From a plasmid, in the sequence record NZ_CP018188.1: 64,000 nt of DNA; one strand, written 5' to 3'. Of the stretch, positions 49,425-58,821 are shown one piece after another. How positions within the stretch are numbered: the stretch's first letter is position 1; every line of letters begins with the position of its first letter. The notes under the pieces were generated by a model, which was not told the DNA's origin, made no database searches, and saw nothing but the letters and a program-made list of their open reading frames with translations. Made by a program: the position numbers and the translations under genes.

Positions 49425-49868
49425 ATGAAAGAGACATTCTTTTGGAACTTTAGTTCAGATGCAATCTCGACCTTATCTGATTTGACGTCAGAAGGTTTTG
49501 AAGTTGATTGGACGGTAAGGAGTTCATCTAATGCTATTACCAGTGGTTTTGTGATTCAAGGGGAGGTTTCTGGAATGATTGAGTTCACTCCAGAGCCAAG
49601 TGATGCATACACCTTTGTTCATAAGTTAGAGGTTCGTATGGACAAGAAAAATCAAGGGATAGCAGGGCTTTTGTTAGCACATGTTGCCCAAGATGCTCTC
49701 AATCGTGGTTTTGAGGGGGTCATGATGTGTCTTTCAAAGACTGCTCTTTTAGACTACTACGTGCGTCGCTATGGATGCAGTCGTATTGCAAACACCAACC
49801 GTGTGATATTTCATACGGCAGCATGCCAGTTGCTTATTGACCGCTTTTTGAAGGAAGGAGTAGACTAA
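49425..49868 (+). CDS. hypothetical protein (possible GNAT-like fold)
   Basis: Start MKETFFWN follows GAGGAAACAGAGC. Weak GNAT-like C-terminus. Confidence 0.35.
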   Translation: MKETFFWNFSSDAISTLSDLTSEGFEVDWTVRSSSNAITSGFVIQGEVSGMIEFTPEPSDAYTFVHKLEVRMDKKNQGIAGLLLAHVAQDALNRGFEGVMMCLSKTALLDYYVRRYGCSRIANTNRVIFHTAACQLLIDRFLKEGVD

Positions 49869-49870
49869 CC

Positions 49871-50050
49871 ATGAGGATAGTAGAACAATTTAAGGCCGAT
49901 TGGAAGTCTTTAGGTTTACCAGAAAAACCATACAAGACACCAGAGGAGATTGAAATGATCAAGAACGGTAATCTTGTGTGGGCTGCGCGTGTTGAAGAAA
50001 AATTGGGGCGTAAGTTAAGCCCACGAGAACTTGATGAGATGCAGTGGTAA
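49871..50050 (+). CDS. small hypothetical protein (59 aa)
   Basis: ATG is 2 nt after the upstream stop, within a GGAGG-containing context. The track shows an overlapping antisense ORF instead. Confidence 0.3.
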   Translation: MRIVEQFKADWKSLGLPEKPYKTPEEIEMIKNGNLVWAARVEEKLGRKLSPRELDEMQW

Positions 50051-50167
50051 TTCACATCTATAAATAGTATATCGTGTAAGATACATCGTATACTGGATAT
50101 ATAAGAGAAAGAGGAAGGTAGTAATTCTAGGTTACACCTCCTCTTTTTTCTATGGAGGAGAAAAACA

Positions 50168-50524
50168 ATGACAAAAAAACATATCTATATTTATAAAAAT
50201 AAAAAAACACAGGAAGTCTTTGCAGATCTTTTTGCTAAAGACCTTCTTGAAGGCGTTACAACATTCCCTCGGATTGATAACGCTCAATCTTATTCATTTT
50301 TGGAACTCTCTTGTCTTTATCTCAAGAGAATTCTAGAAATGAAGGAGCGTAAGGTTCAAACCTTATTCGTTGAGGGAAAACCTGAACCAGCACTTGCTTC
50401 AGCATTGTTACAAGCACGTGTTATGGGACTGAATGTTGTCATCGAATTGATGACAACTGAAAGCAATAGCGAGACACAAGAAGAGTTCAAGGAGCTCGGT
50501 CTTGACGATGTTGTAATGGCGTGA
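50168..50524 (+). CDS. hypothetical protein (118 aa)
   Basis: Ribosome-binding site GGAGGAGAAAAACAATG. Confidence 0.45.
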   Translation: MTKKHIYIYKNKKTQEVFADLFAKDLLEGVTTFPRIDNAQSYSFLELSCLYLKRILEMKERKVQTLFVEGKPEPALASALLQARVMGLNVVIELMTTESNSETQEEFKELGLDDVVMA

Positions 50525-50548
50525 TTGGAATCAAGAAGGAGAAAAACA

Positions 50549-51175
50549 ATGACAGGAATCACTCAAGGTCTCTACTATATTGAAAAGGTTCACCAATATA
50601 ATACGAATATTGGTGGCTTTCCGTCAGACTTAATCAATGATCGAATTTCAGCGATTATTGCTAGTAACAAGACGGATATGCAACAAAGTTTGCGATTCAG
50701 ACCCGTTAGAAACGTGGTTTTGAATCGAGAGGGTGTATCTAATCTTCCACCTATTGAAATCCCGTTTGAATCTTCACTTTATTATGAAGTTGAAGAAATA
50801 AATCCGGGGTTATCCAAGCTAGTTGTTACAGCGGAACATGCCGCAGCCTTTCAAGAATCGGATATTCGCATGTTGGAAGCTCGCTTAACTATGTTACAGC
50901 GTGCCAAAGAATGTGGAAATTTTACGACAAGTAATTTTCCGAGTCGTTTTCCAAAGGAAGCAAGAGATGATTTAAGTCAGTTAGATCTTCTAGCTTGGGA
51001 AACAAAAGATATGCCAACATATCTTTTCTGTTTGATGGAATCAGCATTAGATAGTTACCGGGGATTTTATTCCTTGAGAGACCTAATGGAGGATGCTAAC
51101 GGCACCCTTCAGCAAGGTTATGATAAAGCTGTTTACTGGCTCTATAGTGGAGTCAAAGGACAATATGAATATTAG
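50549..51175 (+). CDS. hypothetical protein (208 aa)
   Basis: Ribosome-binding site AAGGAGAAAAACAATG (the track start 50525 is an upstream extension). Confidence 0.45.
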   Translation: MTGITQGLYYIEKVHQYNTNIGGFPSDLINDRISAIIASNKTDMQQSLRFRPVRNVVLNREGVSNLPPIEIPFESSLYYEVEEINPGLSKLVVTAEHAAAFQESDIRMLEARLTMLQRAKECGNFTTSNFPSRFPKEARDDLSQLDLLAWETKDMPTYLFCLMESALDSYRGFYSLRDLMEDANGTLQQGYDKAVYWLYSGVKGQYEY

Positions 51176-51186
51176 AAGGAGAAAAA

Positions 51187-51348
51187 ATGACTAAACATAG
51201 TTATACAGCAACATTTAAGCGTAAAGATGAAACCGTCTTTACGAAAACGTTTCTAGCTTCAGATTTGTTTGAAGCTGATGACCACGCATTGCAGTTTGCT
51301 ACTAAGCGAGATATTCTCTATCTCGACTTAGGGCCTGCAGTTCAGTAA
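51187..51348 (+). CDS. small hypothetical protein (53 aa)
   Basis: Ribosome-binding site GAAGGAGAAAAAATG. MTKHSYTATFKRKDETVF... Confidence 0.3.
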   Translation: MTKHSYTATFKRKDETVFTKTFLASDLFEADDHALQFATKRDILYLDLGPAVQ

Positions 51349-51354
51349 AAAGTT

Positions 51355-51383
51355 AAGCTACGTATTTTATACGTGGCTTTTTT
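51355..51383 (+). terminator. rho-independent terminator ending the long + strand operon
   Basis: AAGCTACGTATTTTATACGTGGCTTTTTT. Confidence 0.55.
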
Positions 51384-51550
51384 AAAAGGGTTAAACGATC
51401 TACTGGTTTTTATCGCTTGCCAAAAACTCGTGCTTTGGTGGCATCCTTATTGAAGAAATTAAACCCGAAATAGTTGATAAAAAAGAAATAAAATGCTAAC
51501 ATTTAATAAAAGTGTTAGCATTTTATTTCTTACGAAAGGATAGTGCTATT

Positions 51551-52141
51551 ATGAATAATATTGAAATGATTATGGCTTCTTTTCAACAACATCAAGGATT
51601 TTTGACCTTTCAACAAGTACTTGAAGAGAAATTACCTTACAAAATGTTGCTGAGAATGATTGATGAGGGACAAGTAGAGGTTGAAGGAAAGGGGTTATAT
51701 CGCCTCCCTGATACTTATCTGGACGAATGGTTCGTGGCGCAGCAACGTTTTTCAAAAGGAATTTTTTCTTTAGAAACAGCTCTTTGGTTACATGGATTAT
51801 CACTAACAGTTCCCTTTGAGATGACCATGAGCTTCCCTTATGGAACCAATACAAAAAATGTTAAATCAGAAGGTATACGTCCGATAGTTCTTCGTTCTTA
51901 TTACGATGAAGGAATTATTGAGCTTGAGCGACAAGTGGGTCAGAAGATTAAGGTGTACGAGCCGGAGAGGGTTTTAGCAGAGTGTTTAAGACCAGTTTAT
52001 CATGTTGATGTTCAAGTTATAGCTCCTGCATTTAAGATGTATTTTCAAAATCACAAAGTTAACTATTCAAAACTGTTTCACTATGCACAGTTATTCAAGG
52101 TGACTAACAAGTTGCAATCTTACATGGAGGTATTAACCTAA
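51551..52141 (+). CDS. abiEi: AbiEi-family antitoxin/transcriptional regulator
   Basis: N-terminal wHTH (FLTFQQVLEEKLPYKMLLRMIDEGQVEVEGKGLYRL) and C-terminal AbiEi_4-like region. The TAATG overlap with the toxin gene is the typical AbiE arrangement. Confidence 0.65.
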   Translation: MNNIEMIMASFQQHQGFLTFQQVLEEKLPYKMLLRMIDEGQVEVEGKGLYRLPDTYLDEWFVAQQRFSKGIFSLETALWLHGLSLTVPFEMTMSFPYGTNTKNVKSEGIRPIVLRSYYDEGIIELERQVGQKIKVYEPERVLAECLRPVYHVDVQVIAPAFKMYFQNHKVNYSKLFHYAQLFKVTNKLQSYMEVLT

Positions 52142-52977
52142 TGTTTTCCAATGCAAATAGCTTTAAGGCAAAGATTAAGAATATGGCTAAGGATAGAGGT
52201 ATTCCTGCCCAGCAGCTTCAGCAAAACTTCCTGATTGAACAGGTATTGAAATTGATTGCTAAAAGTTCCTATAAGGACTCTTTCATTGTTAAAGGTGGCT
52301 ATCTAATAGGACAGTTGATAGGACTAGATAAGCGAACGACAATGGATTTAGATGTGACGCTTAAAGGGACTACACTTAGCCAAGAAAATCTGATTGCCAT
52401 CTTCGAAGAGATTCTTTCGGATTCGGATGATGTCTTTTCATTTGAAGTAGATAAACTAGAGCCGATTCGCCAAGATGACGAATACGGGGGATTTTCTCTA
52501 AAACTCAATGCTACATTTGATACTTTAAGAGAGGTTGTTTTCATCGACATTACAACGGGTGATAAGATTACACCTAGAGAAATTACTTATTCGATGCCAT
52601 CTCTGTTTGCAAATGAAACCATTGAGGTTTGGACTTATAATTTGGAAACTGTCCTAGCTGAAAAATTGGAAACGATCATTAGCCGAGGAGTAGCATCAAC
52701 ACGTCCTCGTGATCGTTATGACCTTTTTACCTTGTATCATATCAGAAAAGATGAGATAAATTTCGATGTGTTGCGTGAAGCCCTGGCCAATACTGTAGAA
52801 AAACGAGGAAGTAAAGAGGCTATTGATATTTGGGAAAGTCAGCTAAATAGTATTGAGACTGATGAGTATCAAAAGCAACTTTGGACACGTTATCAAAGAC
52901 AATTCAAATATGCACAAGATATTTCTTTTGAGAAATCAGTTCAGATTGTTAGAGAACTCATGACAACTATTATGTAA
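52141..52977 (+). CDS. abiEii: AbiEii/AbiGii-family nucleotidyltransferase toxin (DUF1814)
   Basis: N-terminus MFSNANSFKAKIKNMAKDRGIPAQQLQQNFLIEQVLKLIAKSSYKDSFIVKGGYLI matches the AbiEii signature (SxKARLKN.A...G...Q...Y..ERFL.R...S.Y.D.FILKGG). Confidence 0.8.
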   Translation: MFSNANSFKAKIKNMAKDRGIPAQQLQQNFLIEQVLKLIAKSSYKDSFIVKGGYLIGQLIGLDKRTTMDLDVTLKGTTLSQENLIAIFEEILSDSDDVFSFEVDKLEPIRQDDEYGGFSLKLNATFDTLREVVFIDITTGDKITPREITYSMPSLFANETIEVWTYNLETVLAEKLETIISRGVASTRPRDRYDLFTLYHIRKDEINFDVLREALANTVEKRGSKEAIDIWESQLNSIETDEYQKQLWTRYQRQFKYAQDISFEKSVQIVRELMTTIM

Positions 52978-53284
52978 TATATAACGGTTCATTACCATAT
53001 ATTGGGTAGTGAACCGTTTTTTGTCTCTAATCCTTTTGGTAAAAGGAACATTCATATTCATTCGCTCGAAGGTTGTTATTAGGTATCCAGTTAGGTGCTA
53101 TACCCATTAGACTTGCTATATCTTCAAGAGGTCTTTATCACACTCAATGATGACTTCATCATTAAGGAGTTGCTATGTATTGGTGGTAGTGTAAAATAAG
53201 TTGTGTAAACACAAAATTATTGATAGTATCCGATGATTTTAAGATATAGAGTAGTTAGAAATGAATTAAGGATAGTGGTTTAAA

Positions 53285-54244
53285 GTGGAAAAAGAAACGA
53301 TTATATTTCAGCGTAATGAGTTTGATAATTATTATAGAAGTGTGTTAAATGGTGGTAAATATGTTGATCCTGATTGTAGAGAGGACATTGATACACCCTA
53401 CTATAATTTTTTAACGGAATTTTTAAGAAAAAGAGAGAGTGAAAGTAATTATAAAAATAAATATTCTTTTATTCCCCCTAAACTTGCTAAACTAACTAGT
53501 GAGAGTGAGAAAAAGATCAAAGATAATGATAAATATAAAATTGTTGTGAAGCAAAATGCCGAATTGCTGTTCAGACTTACTTCAGATCAATTTGGTTTTT
53601 CGGGAGATGAATATGTATATCAGCAATCCTATGGTCATCTCAAGTATCCTTTAGCTAGAATTAATTATTTATCTAAAAATGAATCTATTGATGAGAGAGA
53701 GAGGATTTTAAATAAACTAATTAATTATGTGAAAAATACAAGAACGCTTGGTGGATCTTTTATCTGGCCTACGCCTAAGAAAAGTGAAGGTTTTCGAAAT
53801 AGCAAATATAATATGAGTCGTGGTGTAGGTTCTTATATAGAAGATCGAGTAGATTTAACTCTTTTAGAGATTAAACATGCACTAGATGGGGAATATCATA
53901 AATCTCAACATAAAGATGATATTCTATATACTCTTTATATTAATAACACAGATGGTATACGAACATGGTTGGACCATTTTGAGACATTTGAGAAATTTGT
54001 TGATTATTTTATGTTTAATAATTTTATTGAAAATGGAATGCCACTTAACATCTTGACAGGTAAGGCTATTTGTGAAGAAGAAGTAAAAAAATATAAAAAT
54101 AAAACATGTCAGATCAAGAATCTCAAATTAAGTGAACTGTTAGAGATGATTGAGAGATTAGAAAACATGATAATTAATAGAACATGTCTGATGGAAGAAC
54201 ATATAAAGGATTATATATTGCATGTTCATCATAATATTTTTTAG
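53285..54244 (+). CDS. hypothetical protein (319 aa), very low GC
   Basis: GTG start. No motifs. Confidence 0.35.
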   Translation: MEKETIIFQRNEFDNYYRSVLNGGKYVDPDCREDIDTPYYNFLTEFLRKRESESNYKNKYSFIPPKLAKLTSESEKKIKDNDKYKIVVKQNAELLFRLTSDQFGFSGDEYVYQQSYGHLKYPLARINYLSKNESIDERERILNKLINYVKNTRTLGGSFIWPTPKKSEGFRNSKYNMSRGVGSYIEDRVDLTLLEIKHALDGEYHKSQHKDDILYTLYINNTDGIRTWLDHFETFEKFVDYFMFNNFIENGMPLNILTGKAICEEEVKKYKNKTCQIKNLKLSELLEMIERLENMIINRTCLMEEHIKDYILHVHHNIF

Positions 54245-54387
54245 ATTCCTTTCATATCAAGGGGTTAGCCCTTGTTTGTTACTTTTTGATGCCTTATTCT
54301 TTAAAAATTATCAAAGGCAGAAGCTACCTCTTTTTGTTGAGTTGGGAATAAATGTGAGTATACATTTATTGTTGTGTTGATAGAGCT

Positions 54388-54915
54388 GTGTCCAAGACGT
54401 TTCATAAGTGTGAAGAAAATATAGTCCTTCCCCTCTCCATTTCTAAGACCTTGAAAGAAATAGAAGTCGGTGAGCATAAACGAGTTAGTGAATCGCTACA
54501 ATTTTTAGTTGAACTTTTTCATGGTGAGTTTGGAGGAAAAATAACTAATTACAAAGAATCACGTCTAATGGCTAAAATAATTAAGATAGAAGATAGTTTT
54601 AATAAAATAAAAGAACGACTTGATGAGGAATTTGATTATGTCGAAGTTAATAATGGAGATGAAAGTTTACTCATTAAGTATTTGGAGAATATCGCTGATA
54701 AATTAGTTAAAGATTCGTCTAGGCATTTTAAATCATTCATACTTGCTAATCTATATGAAGATTGGGATATACATTGTAAAAAAGGCTCTTTTTATGATAA
54801 GTTTGATATTGAGTTCCTCAAGTTTAAAGCAGAAATGGAAAATCAAATAAGTAATTTTGTGGAGGAAAAGCAGTTTTCCGATTTAGATAAGTTGTTACTA
54901 AATGAATACTTATAA
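54388..54915 (+). CDS. hypothetical protein (175 aa), very low GC
   Basis: GTG start. It is preceded by a 9-bp perfect inverted repeat, AATAAATGT-n6-ACATTTATT. Confidence 0.35.
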   Translation: MSKTFHKCEENIVLPLSISKTLKEIEVGEHKRVSESLQFLVELFHGEFGGKITNYKESRLMAKIIKIEDSFNKIKERLDEEFDYVEVNNGDESLLIKYLENIADKLVKDSSRHFKSFILANLYEDWDIHCKKGSFYDKFDIEFLKFKAEMENQISNFVEEKQFSDLDKLLLNEYL

Positions 54916-54989
54916 TAATAGGTATTATAGTCCAGAGAATTGACTGTTATTTTGAAAGTCATTCCTGAAGATTAATGAGGAGAGTGGTA

Positions 54990-55112
54990 ATGCAAGGTTT
55001 TTGTATGGTGAAATTGCTTATCTTGATGAATAAGCTGTTTTTGAGTTCTTCTAAAAAATCAGCTGTCTTAGAATATCAGTCACTGTGTTTGGTGCGGAAA
55101 ATTAAAAATTGA
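54990..55112 (+). CDS. small Cys-containing peptide ORF (40 aa), candidate signalling/precursor peptide
   Basis: Ribosome-binding site GAGGAGAGTGGTAATG. MQGFCMVKLLILMNKLFLSSSKKSAVLEYQSLCLVRKIKN. Followed by a strong 13-bp-stem terminator. Confidence 0.25.
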   Translation: MQGFCMVKLLILMNKLFLSSSKKSAVLEYQSLCLVRKIKN

Positions 55113-55171
55113 TCTAAAAATATGATTTTAGGTCTTTGCGAGCTCAGACAGTATATACACACTATCGAAAA

Positions 55172-55228
55172 AATAATCATCAGCAAAAGTTAGATCGACA
55201 CTTTTGAGCTGATGATTATTTTATATTT
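55172..55228 (+). terminator. rho-independent terminator (13-bp perfect stem AATAATCATCAGC ... GCTGATGATTATT)
   Basis: Long perfect inverted repeat followed by a T-rich tract. Confidence 0.55.
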
Positions 55229-55400
55229 TGGTGAGTGTTTCCCAATCCCTTATAAAATAAAAATTTTATCAAACAAAATATTTTACTATTTACTACACTC
55301 AAAACAACATAATAATACAAATGAAATTTTATCTTAACAATTTAAGGTATACTATAACCATCAACAGAGATGTTGAAATAATTCAAAGGAGGAAGCTATC

Positions 55401-55511
55401 ATGCTTAAATTTTCTACAAAGAAAACCAAAAAGGCAGGCTGTGTGAGTGTAGGTGCACTAGTTTCAGTTTCAATTGGTCACTACATTAAAGAAGTTAAGA
55501 GTACGGTATAG
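55401..55511 (+). CDS. candidate RiPP precursor peptide (36 aa)
   Basis: Strong ribosome-binding site AAAGGAGGAAGCTATCATG. MLKFSTKKTKKAGCVSVGALVSVSIGHYIKEVKSTV. Followed by a hairpin attenuator and then the CPBP/radical-SAM/ABC genes. Confidence 0.35.
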   Translation: MLKFSTKKTKKAGCVSVGALVSVSIGHYIKEVKSTV

Positions 55512-55644
55512 CTTACTTTTTGAGTATCGGAGAAGTACAGAGAAATGTTTGTAGTGATGGAAATTGTTAAAAATCATCATTGTTGAAGTATTATGCTTAA
55601 TTATTTCTTGTTACAAAAATTTCTATGTACAATCAATCGTTTAG

Positions 55645-55675
55645 GTAGGCAATTGTAAAATTAGCCTACTTTTTA
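55645..55675 (+). terminator. hairpin terminator/attenuator between precursor and downstream operon
   Basis: GTAGGCAATTGTAAAATTAGCCTAC plus T5. Confidence 0.5.
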
Positions 55676-55687
55676 TTTAAAGTTGCT

Positions 55688-56254
55688 ATGAAAGAAAATA
55701 GAAAACTCCAGATATTAGTACAGTGTTTATTTCAAGTAATGATTTCGAATATTTGCTTGATATTATATGTCTTATTTTGTTCAGTTTTTTTAAAAACTCA
55801 GAGCATACTGTTATCATTAAGTGCCCCTACAATGGTCGCTTTGGTAGTGCAGCCAATATGTTTAGAAAAAATTTTGTTTAAAAGTAAAGTCAATTATTCC
55901 CAACATATTATTGTTGTTATATCGGCCTTAATAATTATTTTGTTTTGTTCCCTTGTTAACATACCTGAAAAAACTATATTGATTTTACATTTTATTTTGA
56001 TAGGCTTTTCTGAAGAAATATTATATAGAATGATTATCTTAGATAGGATGAAGTCTTCTTATAATATCTTAGAATCGATAGTGATTACTGCGCTTATCTT
56101 TGCCTTTTTAGGTCATATATCGGAACCTATTTTAGATAATCTAATGGTAAGATTTCCTTTGGGAATATTTTTAGCATTTATAAGAATAAAGTTTAATAAT
56201 ATTGGAATTCCAACGATTATTCATACTTTATATAATGTTTTAGTAACTTTTTAG
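55688..56254 (+). CDS. CPBP-family intramembrane metalloprotease / bacteriocin self-immunity (Abi/CAAX) protein
   Basis: Motifs EEILYR (EExxxR), FAFLGHISE (FxxxH) and HTLYNVLV (HxxxN) in a polytopic membrane protein. Confidence 0.65.
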   Translation: MKENRKLQILVQCLFQVMISNICLILYVLFCSVFLKTQSILLSLSAPTMVALVVQPICLEKILFKSKVNYSQHIIVVISALIIILFCSLVNIPEKTILILHFILIGFSEEILYRMIILDRMKSSYNILESIVITALIFAFLGHISEPILDNLMVRFPLGIFLAFIRIKFNNIGIPTIIHTLYNVLVTF

Positions 56255-56266
56255 AAGAGGTTTTTT

Positions 56267-56695
56267 ATGAAAATTAAATTGGGTTCAATATTTTTATTTT
56301 GCTTACTTATTTTGACATTCATCAATTATAATTTTATTTCAACTTATAATTTGTTTACGTTTTATATATTGTTGATGCTTCTTCCTTCAATTTTGTATTC
56401 AAATTGTTGTGTGATTCTCTTAAGACACTTCCATAAAGGGACAACAAGATATTACTTTTTATCAACCATTTTACATTTTTTATTGAATTGGATGATAATT
56501 CACCGATTGTTGACAAAGGAAGTGTTTAATAGCCTTGTCGAAAATACAATGAAAATTAATCCTAATGTAGGTAACAATATTTCATTAGACTTGAGTATAT
56601 CGTCATTTTTTGTTATTAGTCTATTTGTATTTTTGTTAATGCTTATTGAAAATTATTTTATAAGAAAAGTTGAGGAGAAATATGTTTCTAAATGA
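56267..56695 (+). CDS. integral membrane protein (hypothetical)
   Basis: Multiple transmembrane helices. Confidence 0.4.
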   Translation: MKIKLGSIFLFCLLILTFINYNFISTYNLFTFYILLMLLPSILYSNCCVILLRHFHKGTTRYYFLSTILHFLLNWMIIHRLLTKEVFNSLVENTMKINPNVGNNISLDLSISSFFVISLFVFLLMLIENYFIRKVEEKYVSK

Positions 56696-57099
56696 TAATA
56701 TTTCAGTAATGAAAACAGACGAAATGTACCTACTATTCAATTTTAGCAACGGGATAGTTGCTGGGGTAGATAGTCAAGCAATTGAATTTCTAAAACGAGT
56801 AAAAAATTATCAGTTAAATTGTAACGATTTAACAGATGAAGAAAAAGAATTTTTTGCCTATCTTGTAGAAAATGATTTCATTTCTGATGTAGAATTTAAG
56901 AATGAGCAAACCCCAATAACTGCCTATCTACATTTAACTAATAAATGTAATTTGCATTGTGTAGGTTGTTATTCTTTCGATGAGCGAAGAAATAGATGTG
57001 AAGATCTATCAACAGAAGAGATATTAAATGCAATTGACCAACTTTCTGATGTTGGAATTCAAAACCTAGTATTCTCTGGAGGAGAACCTTTATTAAGAA
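56682..57099 (+). pseudogene. radical SAM/SPASM maturase gene, 5' part (interrupted by IS)
   Basis: CNLHCVGCY (CxxxCxxC) and the SGGEPLLR motif run directly up to the IS inverted repeat at 57100. Confidence 0.7.
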
Positions 57100-57180
57100 G
57101 GCTATGTCACAACAAACAGTTGATAAATAGCCATTTTTATAGGGGAGTATCAGAACTCCCCTACAAACTGTTATTTGCAG

Positions 57181-57675
57181 TTATCTATACTCATTTGGAA
57201 TTTCGATATGAAGTGTCTCACACAATAACTTCACATCATGTGCATCATTTTCATCAAACTCGTATCCCAGATGGAACATTACTTGACTATATGGTTCAAT
57301 ACAGGAAACCTCTATTTCCTCAATTCTTCCTTTACCCGAAAAAGTTTCTACCGGAAAACAATCCCCATCATAAAGAATTTCACCTTCGTCCGTATATTCA
57401 AAACAATGCAAATCAATAATTCTGTTTTTCAAATCTTCCCATACAGTATGGTTCAATGTTGTATATTCCATCTTAATCTCATAAAAGCCATTAGCTTTCA
57501 TTATTTCTATAAAGTTCTGATAATCGTTCTTTTCTACAAAAATGTCAATATCATTATGGGCTCTTGACTGATATCCAAGAAGAGCATCTACACCCCAGCC
57601 ACCATCAAGAAAGACTTTAATCTCCGCATCTATTGCAAATTGAAGAATCTGTTTTACATCTGTTATATTGACCAT
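57181..57675 (-). CDS. lnu(C): lincosamide nucleotidyltransferase Lnu(C)-like (164 aa)
   Basis: MVNITDVKQILQFAIDAEIKVFLDGGWGVDALLGYQSRAHNDIDIFV... is a nucleotidyltransferase-fold protein. It lies immediately downstream of the IS1595 transposase inside the IS, as described for ISSag10. Confidence 0.7.
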   Translation of the reverse strand: MVNITDVKQILQFAIDAEIKVFLDGGWGVDALLGYQSRAHNDIDIFVEKNDYQNFIEIMKANGFYEIKMEYTTLNHTVWEDLKNRIIDLHCFEYTDEGEILYDGDCFPVETFSGKGRIEEIEVSCIEPYSQVMFHLGYEFDENDAHDVKLLCETLHIEIPNEYR

Positions 57676-57698
57676 CTTATCATCTCCACAAATTCTAA

Positions 57699-58742
57699 TT
57701 AGGCGACCAGAGGAACTGCTGGTCTGTTTGATAAATCTCTGCATTTAGCAGTTTTCAATGTTGCCAAAACGAAAGTTAAGAAGATGTTCCTTTTCTCCAT
57801 GTCGCTTTCTTTGGCGTAATTTACAAGGTTATTCCACACAAGATAGTTGTTCAGATACTTGGTAGAAACACCGTTAAAGCCACGCATAAACCTCTTTAGC
57901 TGGCTATGGTAGCTATTGATATGTTGGATATTATAAATGCCTTTCTTGGCTTTGCCAGTCTTTAACTGCACAAGGTCAATGCCATTGGCATTTGTAAATC
58001 TCACATAGGAGTTCATCTTGTCCGTAACAAGAGTGGAATTGGTCTTAATCCTACCATCATAAATATGATGTAAATCTCTTGTAGAAACTCTACCAGTATT
58101 CGTAATCTTGGAGATAGACAAGCCATTCCTATTAACCGCACAAGGAACACATACCTTTTCTTGGGACAAGCCTCTGATATGTGTAGAATGACCACGCTTA
58201 TGAGCCTTGCGTGGCATAGCAAATGTCTTACTCTTGCTATGATTGCCCTTGTACGAGATGGCGAAAAAAGTTTCGTCAGCCTCAATAATGCCGTCAAGGG
58301 TAACATCGTCTGCCATATTCTGAAGTGCATCCAAAATCTTGTGTCTCCAAAGGAATGCGGTGTTTCTGTGAATCCCACAAGCAACAGCAGTCTTACGAAT
58401 GGATAAGCCATTCATCATACAATCAATGTACTGCTCCCACACGGACAAGTCTTTTCTTGTACCAGACACAATGGAGTTCGTAGCAATCACGAAGGACTTG
58501 CCACAATCCTTACATACATATCGCTGTGTGCCATCTTTACGATGACCATTGCGAACCACATGGATACAGCCACAAAGAGGGCATACACGACCATTTGCAA
58601 AGCGTTCCTTTGCTACGAAATCTTCAATATTCAAAGACTTTACAAAGGCAGGACTTAAAAGCATTGTTTTAAGGCTTTCCTGCTCTGCGACAGTCAACTT
58701 ACCGATAATATCTAATGCGTCTTTGATAGTAGGCATATCCAA
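57699..58742 (-). CDS. IS1595-family transposase
   Basis: N-terminal zinc finger (CPLCGCIHVVRNGHRKDGTQRYVCKDCGKSF) and a DDE-type catalytic region. 347 aa. Confidence 0.85.
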   Translation of the reverse strand: MDMPTIKDALDIIGKLTVAEQESLKTMLLSPAFVKSLNIEDFVAKERFANGRVCPLCGCIHVVRNGHRKDGTQRYVCKDCGKSFVIATNSIVSGTRKDLSVWEQYIDCMMNGLSIRKTAVACGIHRNTAFLWRHKILDALQNMADDVTLDGIIEADETFFAISYKGNHSKSKTFAMPRKAHKRGHSTHIRGLSQEKVCVPCAVNRNGLSISKITNTGRVSTRDLHHIYDGRIKTNSTLVTDKMNSYVRFTNANGIDLVQLKTGKAKKGIYNIQHINSYHSQLKRFMRGFNGVSTKYLNNYLVWNNLVNYAKESDMEKRNIFLTFVLATLKTAKCRDLSNRPAVPLVA

Positions 58743-58821
58743 TTACCTCCTTCGGTGGTACTGTTTCTTACTATTATTATACGCTATTTCTCGTCAAAAT
58801 CAACCATTTGTTGTGACAGAG

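Larger units (their letters stand above)
57100..58813 (-). mobile_element. ISSag10-like IS1595-family element carrying lnu(C), with 18-bp terminal IRs (GGCT[A/C]TGTCACAACAAAC) and 8-bp target-site duplication ATTAAGAA
   Basis: Inverted repeats at 57100-57117 and 58796-58813. ATTAAGAA is present at 57092-57099 and 58814-58821. Removing the 1714-bp element rejoins the radical-SAM frame in phase (GGEPLLRKNILQIVE). Confidence 0.75.

Noticed and set aside
44286-52977. Possibility that the right half is a prophage (ERF, SSB, nuclease, Abi, many small genes)
   Set aside because: No terminase, portal, capsid, tail, holin or repressor/Cro genes occur anywhere in the window. The context (coupling protein, PcfJ, rep/par, methylase-helicase) points to a conjugative or plasmid-like element instead.
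57238-57567. 109-aa plus-strand ORF antisense to lnu(C)
   Set aside because: It overlaps a well-supported gene on the opposite strand entirely. There is no ribosome-binding site and the composition is low-complexity.
58549-58821. N-terminal 90 aa of track ORF 58549..59643
   Set aside because: This stretch reads through the IS1595 right end and the antisense of the transposase gene. The authentic radical-SAM coding sequence resumes only after the target-site duplication at 58822.
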